Source: Arenicellales bacterium (lineage in GTDB: Bacteria; Pseudomonadota; Gammaproteobacteria; Arenicellales; JAJDZL01). Taken from it: 64,000 bases of DNA. Every line of letters starts with the position of its first letter. The stretch's first letter is position 1. The DNA lies in NCBI GenBank assembly GCA_965202615.1, contig OZ241837.1:1096347-1160346 (forward strand). The letters are read 5' to 3'. Of this stretch, positions 37,645 through 47,760 are shown piece after piece. The translations under genes were made by a program, and so were the position numbers. The notes below the pieces were generated by a model that ran no database searches, was not told the origin of the DNA, and worked only from the letters and a program-made list of their open reading frames with translations.

Positions 37645-38241
37645 TCAAGTATTGAAATGGTAAACCTGTTTGTCTGTTATCGCGCCTCGCAACGGAACAT
37701 CCCAGGCATTTCGACCGATGGAGTCAACGTGTTGAAACTCGTGGGCGAGACCGATCACATACGGTCTTTGCCAGTTGCGGTCGTGTCGCAGTTGGCGCAG
37801 TGAACTGTCATAAAAGCCGCCACCCATGCCGATGCGATTTCCCTGGTCATCAAAGGCAACAAGAGGCGCAAGTATGAGGTCAAGCTGATTCGCAAATACC
37901 CAACCATATTTTGCAATATCGGGCTCTGGAATTCCGAATCGATTTGGTTTCATCTGGTCCGGTGAAAAAGTACGACCGAACAAAAGACGATTTTCTCCGC
38001 CTCGATAGAGTACCGGCAGGTAGCAACTTTTTCCGCGCACAAGTGCATCTGTGAGTGATGGAGTCGGATCGATTTCACCGTCGTTCGGCAAGTAAAAGGC
38101 AATTCGGCGACTGTTCAAATAAAGCGGATGTTTCAGAATCTGTTTCAGTAATTCTTGCGCTGCTATCCGTTGCTGGCCCGGGGTCAAGGCTCGGCGTACC
38201 GCTCGCATTTCCCTGCGGACTGTGGACTGAAACGATGACAT
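37645..38241 (-). CDS. ygfA: 5-formyltetrahydrofolate cyclo-ligase
   Basis: IAFYLPNDGEIDPTP...CYLPVL...FGIPEP...LDLILAPLVAFDDQGNRIGMGGGFYD are the MTHFS motifs. It shows the conserved zapA-ssrS-ygfA synteny. ATG at 38241. Confidence 0.85.
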   Translation of the reverse strand: MSSFQSTVRREMRAVRRALTPGQQRIAAQELLKQILKHPLYLNSRRIAFYLPNDGEIDPTPSLTDALVRGKSCYLPVLYRGGENRLLFGRTFSPDQMKPNRFGIPEPDIAKYGWVFANQLDLILAPLVAFDDQGNRIGMGGGFYDSSLRQLRHDRNWQRPYVIGLAHEFQHVDSIGRNAWDVPLRGAITDKQVYHFNT

Positions 38242-38249
38242 CACCGATG

Positions 38250-38456
38250 AGACTAAATTGAAATGCCGCCCGCACGTGCCGTACCAGTCCCTATAACCTT
38301 GAACCGCGATGTTCAAGTGGGCAACTGGTGAGACAGCATCAGGTGCTTTGCTACGTGGCAACGCTCACAACAACTGCCTCAGTTTGTTCCCTGGTTATTT
38401 CTTTAGGTTCGAAGGGATTTAGACTGAGTCGAACACTACAGGCGGCGTTCAAACCA
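38250..38456 (-). ncRNA. ssrS: 6S RNA (boundaries approximate)
   Basis: It lies between zapA and ygfA, as in E. coli. The minus strand reads ...CACUUGAACAUCGCGGUUCAAGGUUAUAG...GUGCGGGCGGCAUUUC, resembling the E. coli 6S 3' half (CACCUUGAACCAAGGGUUCAAGGGUUACAG...CUGCGGCGGCAUCUC). 5' GCCGCC (38441-38446) can pair with 3' GGCGGC (38265-38270). A TATAAT box sits at 38463-38468 on the minus strand, just upstream. Confidence 0.6.
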
Positions 38457-38471
38457 CTAAAAATTATAGAA

Positions 38472-38789
38472 TTATTCCTCCAGAACTGACTCTATTTTGT
38501 CAACCAGTCGAGAAATTTGACTGCTGAATTCGTCATCAGATTCGATTGGACTTTGGTTTTTCCGCCGAAGCAGGTCACCGGCTAAATTCAACGCGACAAC
38601 GACCGCACCGGTTTCCAGCGAGACTGGCGGTGAATTCGGGTCGGTTTGCAGGCTGGATATTTCTGAATTGAGCAGTTCCGCTGCCGCATACAAATCATCG
38701 CGTTCGTCGGGCCCACAGCCAATATGGAAATCTCGCCCGCCTATATTGACCGTCAGGCTTGATGATGAGCCTTCATTTGGGTCGTTCAT
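38472..38789 (-). CDS. zapA: Cell division protein ZapA
   Basis: LTVNIGGRDFHIGCGPDERDDLYAAAELLNSEI matches the ZapA pattern (v.I.gr.y.i.c...e...l..aa..l...), and the synteny fits. Confidence 0.85.
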   Translation of the reverse strand: MNDPNEGSSSSLTVNIGGRDFHIGCGPDERDDLYAAAELLNSEISSLQTDPNSPPVSLETGAVVVALNLAGDLLRRKNQSPIESDDEFSSQISRLVDKIESVLEE

Positions 38790-38797
38790 GGGTTAAC

Positions 38798-39013
38798 TCA
38801 ACCTGAAGTCGAAATTTGTTGCAACGTTTCGACTGCTTCCCGAACTTGTTTACTTGCGTTCTCATTTTTTGTGAGCAACTCTGTACACTGCGCGTCCGAT
38901 GCAGCAAATTCTCGCTTAAGTCTCGTATTTTCTTCTCTCAGTGATTGGCAGTGGTCAATCAATTCTGAAACCCTTTTCTCAAGTCGATCAAGTTGTTCAA
39001 TTGAATTGGCCAT
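38798..39013 (-). CDS. Coiled-coil ZapB-like / TIGR02449-type protein
   Basis: A 71-aa heptad-rich protein (LDRLEKRVSELIDHCQSLREENTRLKRE) immediately upstream of zapA. Confidence 0.6.
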   Translation of the reverse strand: MANSIEQLDRLEKRVSELIDHCQSLREENTRLKREFAASDAQCTELLTKNENASKQVREAVETLQQISTSG

Positions 39014-39166
39014 TGCGAATCGTTCTTCTGTGCCGGGGTGAATATTAGAATACGCGCAATGCGCACTTTTGTCAAATAGAATATACGCTATCTCAAAATC
39101 AATTCAACAATTTGAATTCGATTTGAATTCCTGTTTCCAGTTGAACAGTATTTCATTTAAATTCTT

Positions 39167-39601
39167 ATGTTTTCAAGAATTTACCAGAATATGCCACCTC
39201 TGATTGCAGGAATTACCGTTGCGAAAACGGCGGCTTTTGGGATCGGAATTGTTGCTTTCTTGTGCTTGCCGTTGTTTGTTTCGGATCTCGATCAAACGAA
39301 GAAGTGGGCATTGTTGCTCTGGTATCCCACAATTGCCGGTGTTGCAGGGGCTTCAAATGTATCAGAAATGGTTCCGATGAAGTTTTTGCGACCACCTTGG
39401 TGGTTGCGTGCGCCACTCATCGGCGCATGGCTGAATCTGGTTGTCGTATTGTTTGCATCGGGAACCATGCAGGATTTTTCAATGGTGGTTCACTTGAGTT
39501 TCGGCCATTTGGCTTCACAGTTCTGGTTTGTTCTAGACGGGGCAATCCTCGGTTTCTTGGCAGGATTTATTTCATTTAGGGTTTGGCAAAAGCGCGCTTG
39601 A
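39167..39601 (+). CDS. Hypothetical integral membrane protein
   Basis: 144 aa with four hydrophobic segments. I recognise no family. Confidence 0.45.
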   Translation: MFSRIYQNMPPLIAGITVAKTAAFGIGIVAFLCLPLFVSDLDQTKKWALLLWYPTIAGVAGASNVSEMVPMKFLRPPWWLRAPLIGAWLNLVVVLFASGTMQDFSMVVHLSFGHLASQFWFVLDGAILGFLAGFISFRVWQKRA

Positions 39602-39836
39602 ACTCAAGATTGATGTCCATTGAAATTCTTGGTTTCGGACACATTATGACTGATAGAATTACGGTCTTTCGCGGCTGATCAACGCCCCATATCGGATTGA
39701 AATACCTAAAATTCCGATAGATGGCAACCAAACAAGGTATGATGATTGACGTTGGCACTGCAATTGAGGTTTTCGCGGGCTGAGTTTCGAAGTCTCGCTT
39801 GTGTCTTGATCAAATAAAGTATTCCCTTAGTCTCTT

Positions 39837-40379
39837 ATGGAACTGGAATTTAGAGAAGTCGAGCAAACGCTGAGACAACACGAACTCAATATTGACGCAG
39901 CCTATTTTCACGGCATGTTGTCGGGACTGATCTGTGCCGGAATTGGGGATGACGATGTCGATGACTGGTTGCCGGCGCTGTTCTCCGAACGTTTTCTGGC
40001 TGAGCCGGATTACAAACAGCTTTCAGACAATGTACTGAGTGCGTTTTATGCAGTGCAGACAGAATTGGATCAGGACGGTTTTGGTTTCAGAATACTGTTG
40101 CCTGACGATGCCTGTGCGTTGGATCACCGCGTATTCATGATGGGATCCTGGTGCAGGGGCTATCTGGTCGCGCTGATTGACTATGGGGAGACCTCAGTCG
40201 AATCGCTATCGGATGATTGTGCCGAGTTTGTCAGTGACGTTGAGCAGATTGTCGAGCTGGAAATCGATGAAGATGAACCTGACGATAACTTGGACGAGTC
40301 GTTCGTGTTACTGGAAGAGCACCTCAGAGTCGGGGTTCAACTGATTTACGAGCACTTGAATCCACTACAGCAGAGCTAA
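39837..40379 (+). CDS. ygfB: UPF0149 family protein YgfB
   Basis: YFHGMLSGLICAG...W..L resembles E. coli YgfB (EMHGLISGMICGG). It has an acidic C-terminal half and lies upstream of pepP as in E. coli. Confidence 0.8.
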   Translation: MELEFREVEQTLRQHELNIDAAYFHGMLSGLICAGIGDDDVDDWLPALFSERFLAEPDYKQLSDNVLSAFYAVQTELDQDGFGFRILLPDDACALDHRVFMMGSWCRGYLVALIDYGETSVESLSDDCAEFVSDVEQIVELEIDEDEPDDNLDESFVLLEEHLRVGVQLIYEHLNPLQQS

Positions 40380-40391
40380 CGGATTAATTCA

Positions 40392-41693
40392 ATGTCTACC
40401 CCGATGATGAACGGAAAACGTCGCGCGAAAGTCTTGGAAAAGATCGGAAACGGAATTGCTGTCATTCCGACTGCCCCGCATCAGCGCCGTAATTCGGATG
40501 TGCTGTTTCCTTATCGACCGGACAGCGATTTTTACTTTCTGACACAATTTCCCGAGCCTGAAGCGGTTGCCGTACTGGCTCCCGGCAGTGATTCCGGAGA
40601 CTACATGCTTTTTTGCCGGGAAAAGGACCCTAAAAAAGAAATCTGGGATGGCTACCGGGCGGGAGTTGAAGGTGCCGTTGCAGATTATCAGGCTGACGCT
40701 GCTTATCCGATTTCGGAGCTGGATTCAGTTTTGCCGAAGCTGATGGAGAACCGCGACCGGATCTATTGCAACATCGGTCGTTATCCTGATTTTGACACCA
40801 AGGTTGTCGGTTGGCTGAACAAGGTACGCCAGCGCGTTCGCTCGGGCATCAGCGCACCCGGTGAAATCGTTGAACTTGGGCAGATCATTCACGAAATGCG
40901 CCTTTTCAAGCAGCCTGATGAGATTGAGAAAATTCAGCATGCAGCGGATATTGCCGCAGCCGCGCATATGCACGCGATGCAAAAGTGCTCACCCGGTATG
41001 ACAGAGTTTCAGATTCAGGCAGAAATTGAGTACATCTTCAGGTCGCATGGATGCGTGCCCGCCTATCCGAGTATTGTCGCATCCGGGCAGAACGCTTGTA
41101 TCCTGCACTATATCGAGAATTCGAAGGAGTTGGCAGACGGGGACTTGCTGCTGATAGACGCGGGTGCCGAATATGACTGCTATGCCAGCGATATTACCCG
41201 TACATTTCCGATCAACGGCAAATTCAGCGATGCCCAGCGTGCAGTCTACGAAGTCGTTCTTGAAGCGCAGAAACGTTCAATTGATGCCGTCAAACCGGGC
41301 AACCGCTACAGCGATGTTGCCGATGTGGCAACTGAAACAATTGTCGAGGGGCTGATTGACCTGAACATCCTCAAGTGCGACAAACAAGAAGCGCTGGAAG
41401 AAGAGAAATTCAAGCCTTACTATATGCACAAGGTGGGACATTGGCTTGGTTTGGACGTACATGACGTCGGTACGTATCGCAATGAACAGAATTGGCGAGT
41501 GCTCAAACCGGATATGTACATGACAATCGAACCGGGAATTTACTTGTCACCTTCTGAAGAGCTTGACGAAAAATGGCACGGTATTGGAATTCGAATTGAG
41601 GATGATGTGGTGATTACAGAAACCGGCAACCGGGTCACCACCGCACAAGTCCCAAAAGAAATCAATGAGATTGAGCGGTTGATGGCCCGATAG
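40392..41693 (+). CDS. pepP: Xaa-Pro aminopeptidase
   Basis: YPSIVASGQNACILHY, LIDAGAEYDCYASDITRTFP, HKVGHWLGLDVHD, EPG and IRIEDD are the M24B metal-ligand motifs. Confidence 0.9.
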   Translation: MSTPMMNGKRRAKVLEKIGNGIAVIPTAPHQRRNSDVLFPYRPDSDFYFLTQFPEPEAVAVLAPGSDSGDYMLFCREKDPKKEIWDGYRAGVEGAVADYQADAAYPISELDSVLPKLMENRDRIYCNIGRYPDFDTKVVGWLNKVRQRVRSGISAPGEIVELGQIIHEMRLFKQPDEIEKIQHAADIAAAAHMHAMQKCSPGMTEFQIQAEIEYIFRSHGCVPAYPSIVASGQNACILHYIENSKELADGDLLLIDAGAEYDCYASDITRTFPINGKFSDAQRAVYEVVLEAQKRSIDAVKPGNRYSDVADVATETIVEGLIDLNILKCDKQEALEEEKFKPYYMHKVGHWLGLDVHDVGTYRNEQNWRVLKPDMYMTIEPGIYLSPSEELDEKWHGIGIRIEDDVVITETGNRVTTAQVPKEINEIERLMAR

Positions 41694-41724
41694 TCAGGTC
41701 TCATCATATCAACCGGTAAAACTG

Positions 41725-42954
41725 ATGATGGATGCACAGTACGATCTGATCATCAATGGTGGTGGCATGGTTGGTGCAAGCCTTGCCTGTGCCTTAGCGG
41801 ACTGCGGACTTCGCGTTGCAGTCATCGAAGCGGCCGCATACGACAGCTCCGGTCAGCCCAGTTTCGATACACGCACAATTGCGCTCACCTACAGTTCGGG
41901 ATTGATTTTTCGTAATCTGGGCATCTGGCAAGGTTTGAGTGCCTCAGAGGCGACTGCAATCCGGCATATTGACGTGAGTGATGAATCGGCTGGTGGTCGA
42001 GTGCGTTTGCGAAGCCAGGATGTCGGACGCGAAGCATTGGGTTGGAACGTTGAAGCGCGAGCATTGGGAAACCGCTTGTACGAGACGCTCGGAGAGTTTG
42101 AGAATGTTTCGATTTACAGCCCAATGACACTTCACACTTTCTCGATTTCCAATAACGGTGTGTTTGTAGAGGTTGGCAAAGAAGGTTCGTCCACGGCCAA
42201 CCGTTTGTTCGCAAAATTACTGGTGGTGGCGGATGGTTCGAATTCAAAACTGCGTGATCAATTAGGTTTCAGTGCCCGGCGAATTTCATACAGTCAAAGC
42301 GCACTTGTATGCAGGGTGGAGTCCAACACTTTCAATCGAGGCGGTGCGTACGAGCACTTCACGCGCTCGGGTCCCCTCGCATTGCTGCCGGTCGGTGAAA
42401 AGGGTTTCTCGGTTGTCTGGACCCAGCACCAGCAAGAACTGGATGCCGCCTTGCAATTGTCAAGAAGTGAATTTGTGAACGAACTGCAAGCGCGGGTCGA
42501 AGATTGTGCCGTTCAAATCGAAAATCTGGTGGGAGAGCGCAAGACCTATCCGCTCGTTCTGAACCACCTCAAGAAGTTTGTTCGTCCCAGAGTTGTGGTG
42601 GCTGGCAATGCCTCTCATACTGTTCACCCGGTTGCAGGACAAGGGTTTAACCTGGCACTTCGTGATGTCGCCGCGCTGACGCAAGTGCTGAAAAACCATC
42701 GCAGACGAAACTGGGATATAGGAAGTTATGACGTGCTGGCAAAGTACGAACGTTGGCGCATTCGGGAGAGCAATAATGTAACCTGGTTTACCGACAGCAT
42801 GGTCCGGACATTTTCCAATCAATTTCCAATACTGACACCAGCACGTAATTGGAGTCTTGATCTTCTTCAAACGGTACCGCCTTTAAAGCGGTGGCTGCTC
42901 TACCGCACCATGGGAATGTACGGCCGGCAGCCTGAACTCGCCAGGGAAATCTGA
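41725..42954 (+). CDS. ubiH: FAD-dependent ubiquinone biosynthesis hydroxylase UbiH
   Basis: YDLIINGGGMVGASLA (GxGxxG), VVADGSNSKLR, and GNASHTVHPVAGQGFNLALRD. It sits after pepP as in E. coli. Confidence 0.8.
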   Translation: MMDAQYDLIINGGGMVGASLACALADCGLRVAVIEAAAYDSSGQPSFDTRTIALTYSSGLIFRNLGIWQGLSASEATAIRHIDVSDESAGGRVRLRSQDVGREALGWNVEARALGNRLYETLGEFENVSIYSPMTLHTFSISNNGVFVEVGKEGSSTANRLFAKLLVVADGSNSKLRDQLGFSARRISYSQSALVCRVESNTFNRGGAYEHFTRSGPLALLPVGEKGFSVVWTQHQQELDAALQLSRSEFVNELQARVEDCAVQIENLVGERKTYPLVLNHLKKFVRPRVVVAGNASHTVHPVAGQGFNLALRDVAALTQVLKNHRRRNWDIGSYDVLAKYERWRIRESNNVTWFTDSMVRTFSNQFPILTPARNWSLDLLQTVPPLKRWLLYRTMGMYGRQPELAREI

Positions 42955-42969
42955 ATATTTATAGTAGTC

Positions 42970-44187
42970 TTGATGAGTGAAATCGATTATGACATTGTTG
43001 TAGTAGGTGCAGGAGCAGTCGGCTTGGCGTTTGTGGCAGCCGTTAAAGATTCCGGATACCGACTGTTGATACTCGAATCCGGTGCGTTGCCTCAATTGGA
43101 CAATTCCCACTACGATCTTCGTGTGAACACGCTCAATCTGGCTTCCGAGACATTTCTAAATTCCCTTCGGGTTTGGCAATCCATGGTCGACAAAAGGGTG
43201 AGCTCCTTTGATCGAATTGACGTGTGGGATTCGGCAGGTGGACGCATTCAGTTTCTCGCCAGTGAAATCGGTGAGCATCACCTTGGACATGTTGTCGAAT
43301 CGAGTGTGCTGACGACATCACTCCTGGAAGCAATCGAAAACCATGAAAACGTCACTACGAAAACCGGTGTACAGTTGCAATCAGTATTGCAGCAACCAGA
43401 CCGGGTCTGCTTGTATTTGGCTTCGGGCGAGCGAATTGGCTGTCGTCTGGTAGTCGGTGCGGATGGCGGCGAATCGACGGTACGTGAAACCGGTGAGTTT
43501 TCAGTGTCGCAGCGCAGCTATAACCAAAAAGCGCTGGTTGCCCAAATTGAGGCATCGGACTCGATAACACAGACCGCTTTGCAAGCGTTTTTGCCAACGG
43601 GCCCGCTTGCGTTTCTTCCACTGGCAGATGGTACGTTTTCGATCGTATGGAGTTGCGAGCAATCATTTGCGGAAAATCTCCTTAATCTGTCTCAATCAGA
43701 ATTTGAACAACAGCTGTCCGTTGCGATTGACCATCGTCTCGGTGACGTGCGGGTCATGAGTCAAATTGTTTCATTCGAATTGCGTAAACTCGAGGCAGAG
43801 CCTTATTTTTTGGACCGGACAGTACTTGTGGGAGACTCGGCACATATCATTCACCCACTCGCGGGGATGGGTGTCAATCTCGGGCTGATGGATGCGGCTG
43901 CGCTAAGCGAAGTGCTGACCGAGGGGAAATTCGATCCCGAATGCGACCCGGCGCAACACCTTAGATTGCGAAAATACGAACGCTGGCGAAAATCGGTAAA
44001 CGTTCCAACCGGCTTCATTATGGATGGATTCGATTTCGGGTTTCGAACACCGTCTAAATTCATGCAAGGAATTTTGGGAGTTGGGTTGACGGCAACCAAT
44101 CGGATCGCGTTCGCGAAACAGGAAATAATTCGCTTGGCCTGTGGGTTATCGGGCGACTTGCCATCCATTGCGAGGCGCCAACAATAG
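42970..44187 (+). CDS. ubiI: FAD-dependent ubiquinone biosynthesis hydroxylase (UbiI/VisC or UbiF type)
   Basis: YDIVVVGAGAVGLAF, VGADGGESTVR, and GDSAHIIHPLAGMGVNLGLMD. It follows ubiH as visC does in E. coli. The paralogue assignment rests on synteny only. Confidence 0.7.
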   Translation: MMSEIDYDIVVVGAGAVGLAFVAAVKDSGYRLLILESGALPQLDNSHYDLRVNTLNLASETFLNSLRVWQSMVDKRVSSFDRIDVWDSAGGRIQFLASEIGEHHLGHVVESSVLTTSLLEAIENHENVTTKTGVQLQSVLQQPDRVCLYLASGERIGCRLVVGADGGESTVRETGEFSVSQRSYNQKALVAQIEASDSITQTALQAFLPTGPLAFLPLADGTFSIVWSCEQSFAENLLNLSQSEFEQQLSVAIDHRLGDVRVMSQIVSFELRKLEAEPYFLDRTVLVGDSAHIIHPLAGMGVNLGLMDAAALSEVLTEGKFDPECDPAQHLRLRKYERWRKSVNVPTGFIMDGFDFGFRTPSKFMQGILGVGLTATNRIAFAKQEIIRLACGLSGDLPSIARRQQ

Positions 44188-44240
44188 TTCAATTCGGCGC
44201 ATTATGAGTCACATGCAAGACTCAAATCGCTGCGAATAAA

Positions 44241-44768
44241 CTACACCTCGTTTTCGCGAAAAGTAACCAGGCTGTGCAGCAGAATTGGGGCGATTTTGTC
44301 CCGGCCACCAAGATCAGTCAGCTCGACAATGACCGAGCAACCAATCACTGAAGCGCCGAGTTTCTCAACAACTTCGGCCGTGGCGCAGATTGAACCGCCA
44401 GTCGCGATCAAATCGTCAATGATCGCGATGCGAGAGCCCGATTCAAGCGCGTCCGTATGCATTTCGAGCCGGCTTGTGCCATATTCGAGCTCGTAGTCGG
44501 TACCAATCGTATCTCCTGGCAGTTTACCTTCCTTTCGAATCAGGCAAACCGGCACGTGGAGTTGATACGCCAGTGGCGAGGCGAACAGAAATCCGCGAGA
44601 ATCAATCGCGACCAGGGCATCGAGTTCAGTATTCTGGTAATGCTGGTAGAGGAGGTCGATGCTGTAACGAAAAGCCTCCGGGAATTGCAATAGGGTCGTA
44701 ATATCCCGAAACCGCACCCCCGGCTTGGGATAGTCGACAATTGTTCTGATGCTGTGCTTCAAATCCAT
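44241..44768 (-). CDS. apt: Adenine phosphoribosyltransferase
   Basis: IRTIVDYPKPGVRFRDITTLL plus the PRPP motif IAIIDDLIATGGS. Confidence 0.9.
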   Translation of the reverse strand: MDLKHSIRTIVDYPKPGVRFRDITTLLQFPEAFRYSIDLLYQHYQNTELDALVAIDSRGFLFASPLAYQLHVPVCLIRKEGKLPGDTIGTDYELEYGTSRLEMHTDALESGSRIAIIDDLIATGGSICATAEVVEKLGASVIGCSVIVELTDLGGRDKIAPILLHSLVTFRENEV

Positions 44769-44867
44769 GATTGGACGCGAAGAGTTAATTTCCTACATCG
44801 ACAGGAACTCGTACAGTCAAATGGTTCATTTTGGCGCAACCGGCTTTAGGGATTCAAACACTCCTTT

Positions 44868-46214
44868 CTATACGCCAATTACATCAATCGTGGCAGCGCG
44901 CAATATCGCAACCAGACGGTCGATTTCAGAATTTTCAATAACAATCGGAGGCGCAAGACAGAATACATCGCCGCGCACTCGACTGAACAGTCCGCGTTCG
45001 ATAGCGGCACTGAGTATTTTCTCTCCGATTTTGTCTGCTGGATCAAAAGGTTCCTTTGTTGACTTGTCCTTGACGTATTCGACACCCGCCAAAAGTCCCA
45101 GACCGCGAATATCGCCGACATGAGGGTGATCGCCCAGTGCGCTGTTCAGGTTATCCATCAGCCGTGCACCTTTTGCAGAGGCTTGACCAGGAAAATCCTC
45201 TCGTTCGACCAATTCGATCATGGCGCAAGCGATCGCACTTCCGATTGGATGTGCACTGTAGGTGTAGGCATGCATAAAGGGTTCCGAACTATCGTCCATT
45301 GTGCTGACAATTTCATCACTGATACCAATGCCGCCGAACGGAAAGTACCCCGAGGTTATGGCTTTGGCAAACTGAACAATGTCGGGTTCAATCCCCCAGT
45401 GATCGAGCGCAAACAATTTGCCGGTTCTGCCGAAGCCCGTAATCACTTCATCTGCAACCAGCAGTACTTCATACTTGTCACAAATTTCGCGAATTCTGGG
45501 GAAATAGTCATCCTGTGGCGGAATGACACCACCCGAACCCTGAACGGGCTCAGCGATAAACATGGCGACCGTTTCCGGACCTTCCTCAAGTATTCTTTTT
45601 TCCAACTCGTTTGCGGCCGCGATACCTTGAGACACATCCGGTTCATTGGATTCATATCGATATGGATAGGGGGAAGGAATGAACGAAAACCCCGGAATAC
45701 GAGGTTCAAACATCGGCCAGTACGGTGGGATTCCAGTCGCGCACATTGCGGCAAAGGTTACCCCGTGATAGCCCAGCATACGGGAGATGACTTTTGTTTT
45801 ATCCGGTTTCCCTTTGAGTTTCCAGTAATATCTGGACATCTTGATTGATGTATCGGTCGCCTCTCCGCCTCCAGAAGTCAAATAGAAGCGATTGATCTGA
45901 GGATATGTGATTCTTGCCAATTTTTCGGCAAGTTCGATCGCTCTTTCGTTGGAACTGCCGACATAACCGGACGCATATGGGAGTTTCGAGTATTGGGTTG
46001 CAGCCGCATCGATCAGTTCCTGGGCGCTGTGTCCCGCAGTGTTGTTCCACAGTCCGGCAAGTCCATCAATGTACTCTTTGCCTTCAATGTCGACGAGTGT
46101 CGAATCATAGCCACTTGCCCAGATCCGGGCGTTGTCATGTGCACCGCGAGCGTGCAACGGATGAATCAGATGAGTCTGATCAAGTGCCAACATTTGTGCT
46201 CTCGCAACTGTCAT
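44868..46214 (-). CDS. Class III (omega) aminotransferase, PLP-dependent
   Basis: LVADEVITGFGRTGKLFA, and AKAITSGYFPFGG with the PLP lysine context. 448 aa. The substrate cannot be inferred from sequence. Confidence 0.8.
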   Translation of the reverse strand: MTVARAQMLALDQTHLIHPLHARGAHDNARIWASGYDSTLVDIEGKEYIDGLAGLWNNTAGHSAQELIDAAATQYSKLPYASGYVGSSNERAIELAEKLARITYPQINRFYLTSGGGEATDTSIKMSRYYWKLKGKPDKTKVISRMLGYHGVTFAAMCATGIPPYWPMFEPRIPGFSFIPSPYPYRYESNEPDVSQGIAAANELEKRILEEGPETVAMFIAEPVQGSGGVIPPQDDYFPRIREICDKYEVLLVADEVITGFGRTGKLFALDHWGIEPDIVQFAKAITSGYFPFGGIGISDEIVSTMDDSSEPFMHAYTYSAHPIGSAIACAMIELVEREDFPGQASAKGARLMDNLNSALGDHPHVGDIRGLGLLAGVEYVKDKSTKEPFDPADKIGEKILSAAIERGLFSRVRGDVFCLAPPIVIENSEIDRLVAILRAATIDVIGV

Positions 46215-46301
46215 TCAATTAACCTCCTGTGTCGCTGTAACTCTTGCGCGGTACCATCATTGGTGATTGGCCGCCAAACGTGCTTAAAAAATACTGTCAG
46301 T

Positions 46302-47039
46302 CTACATTGAAATTTCTATCGATGCGATCGCTCCACTCCAACCATGAACTTCAGGATCGAGTGCAGAGCCTTCGCCTCCAGTTATACCGGGATGCCTGTC
46401 TACGCTTCCTTCAGCAGATTGCCCGGAAATTCCCGGTGCGTTTGCGTTTGCTTTCCCGCCCGGGTCCGCTGGAATTCCCGGTGTGCTTGGCGCACCACCG
46501 CCGGTGATTTGCTCATCATTGGCTTCGGTTCCCGCGTCGATTGCATACAGGAACTGGGCACCTTCGCGCAGATTTGCGTTGTCTAGAGCAATGAATCCGT
46601 CATTTGTCGGCAGAATCATCGAGACCAGCGAAATACGCGTATTTTCAATGGAAAGATTGAATGTGGTTGATTCGCCGGGACCCAAGAGGCCGCCCGCAGG
46701 GTTCCTGATTACCTCGGCGCCCGCAGCTTCAAATTGAGCGGCAAGCGGTTCAATGTTGCCGCCTTCAGCCACTGCCTGCAATTCAGGTGAAGCTGCTTTT
46801 CCGTAGGCAAAAATTCTGGTTTGGTGGTCGCTATGCCCGGCAACCAGTAGCGGAGTCAAGTAAGTGCCACTTGAATTGTTGGTTACAGTAATTGTGAATT
46901 GGTCAGAATCGCGATCCCAAAATTTCACCTTCTCTGTAAATTTACCCCAGCCTTCCTTAAAGCCTTCCTTGTTCATGTTTTGGCATCCTGCCAGCGACAA
47001 GCTAAGCAAAACCGTAAAAATCACCGCCAGTTTTTTCAT
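46302..47039 (-). CDS. Lipoprotein, possibly spondin-N-like domain
   Basis: The lipobox is LLSLSLAGC. FTITVTNNSSGTYLTPLLVAGH resembles bacterial spondin-domain proteins from memory, so the domain call is weak. Confidence 0.45.
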   Translation of the reverse strand: MKKLAVIFTVLLSLSLAGCQNMNKEGFKEGWGKFTEKVKFWDRDSDQFTITVTNNSSGTYLTPLLVAGHSDHQTRIFAYGKAASPELQAVAEGGNIEPLAAQFEAAGAEVIRNPAGGLLGPGESTTFNLSIENTRISLVSMILPTNDGFIALDNANLREGAQFLYAIDAGTEANDEQITGGGAPSTPGIPADPGGKANANAPGISGQSAEGSVDRHPGITGGEGSALDPEVHGWSGAIASIEISM

Positions 47040-47504
47040 TGCAGCCCCCTTAATAACTTGGCCTCACTCATTGGTTACACGTGTTTGATTCAGCCTTGAT
47101 TTGAAATTGCGAAGACTTCGATTGAACACTGTAAAGTTCGATAAATAATAACACGCGACAAGCGTTAATCGGTACAGAATTCGCCATTATGTGTATTGTT
47201 CCTGCACCACAAACAAGAACGCACTTGAGTTTTCAAGATACACCCGGTACCAGGCATCTAGGACGGGTGCGAAAGCAACTTTTTTTATCCTTGCCTGAAG
47301 TTGTTGTGGCGTGTATTTTTTGTGGAAAACAGTCTTAAAATTTGGTAATATTGTTACCGACATGATCTACTTGAGTGCGAAAATTTCGCGTTGCATCCTG
47401 TGAACGATCCCCTGTTGAGAACACAGAGTCAATGCAACCCGTCAAAAACAATAAAGCCACTCCAAGAAATTCCACTCCGAACACTTCTTTGGGACTCTAA
47501 ATCA

Positions 47505-47711
47505 ATGCACGAAAATTATTCTGAGGATCTTCAATCTAGAATAGAAAAATTGAAAACTGAACATCGAGATCTTGATGACGTTTTGAAACGACTGGCGGAA
47601 GACCGCAGTACGGACGAACTGCAAATCCGACGCTTGAAGAAACGTAAATTGCAGCTCAAAGACTCGATCGCCATGCTGGAAAGCCAGGCGTTGCCTGACT
47701 TATCCGCCTGA
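47505..47711 (+). CDS. DUF465 (YdcH-like) small coiled-coil protein
   Basis: From the ATG at 47505: LKTEHRDLDDVLKRL.......ELQIRRLKKRKLQLKDSI fits the DUF465 pattern. The upstream 38 codons of the tracked ORF are probably non-coding. Confidence 0.65.
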   Translation: MHENYSEDLQSRIEKLKTEHRDLDDVLKRLAEDRSTDELQIRRLKKRKLQLKDSIAMLESQALPDLSA

Positions 47712-47718
47712 ATAAACT

Positions 47719-47750
47719 GCCCAAACTTGGCGGCATTGCCAAGTTTGGGC
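47719..47750. terminator. Bidirectional hairpin terminator between the DUF465 gene and ahcY
   Basis: A perfect 13-bp inverted repeat, GCCCAAACTTGGC-ggcatt-GCCAAGTTTGGGC, sits between two convergent genes. Confidence 0.7.
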
Positions 47751-47760
47751 AACCCCAAAA

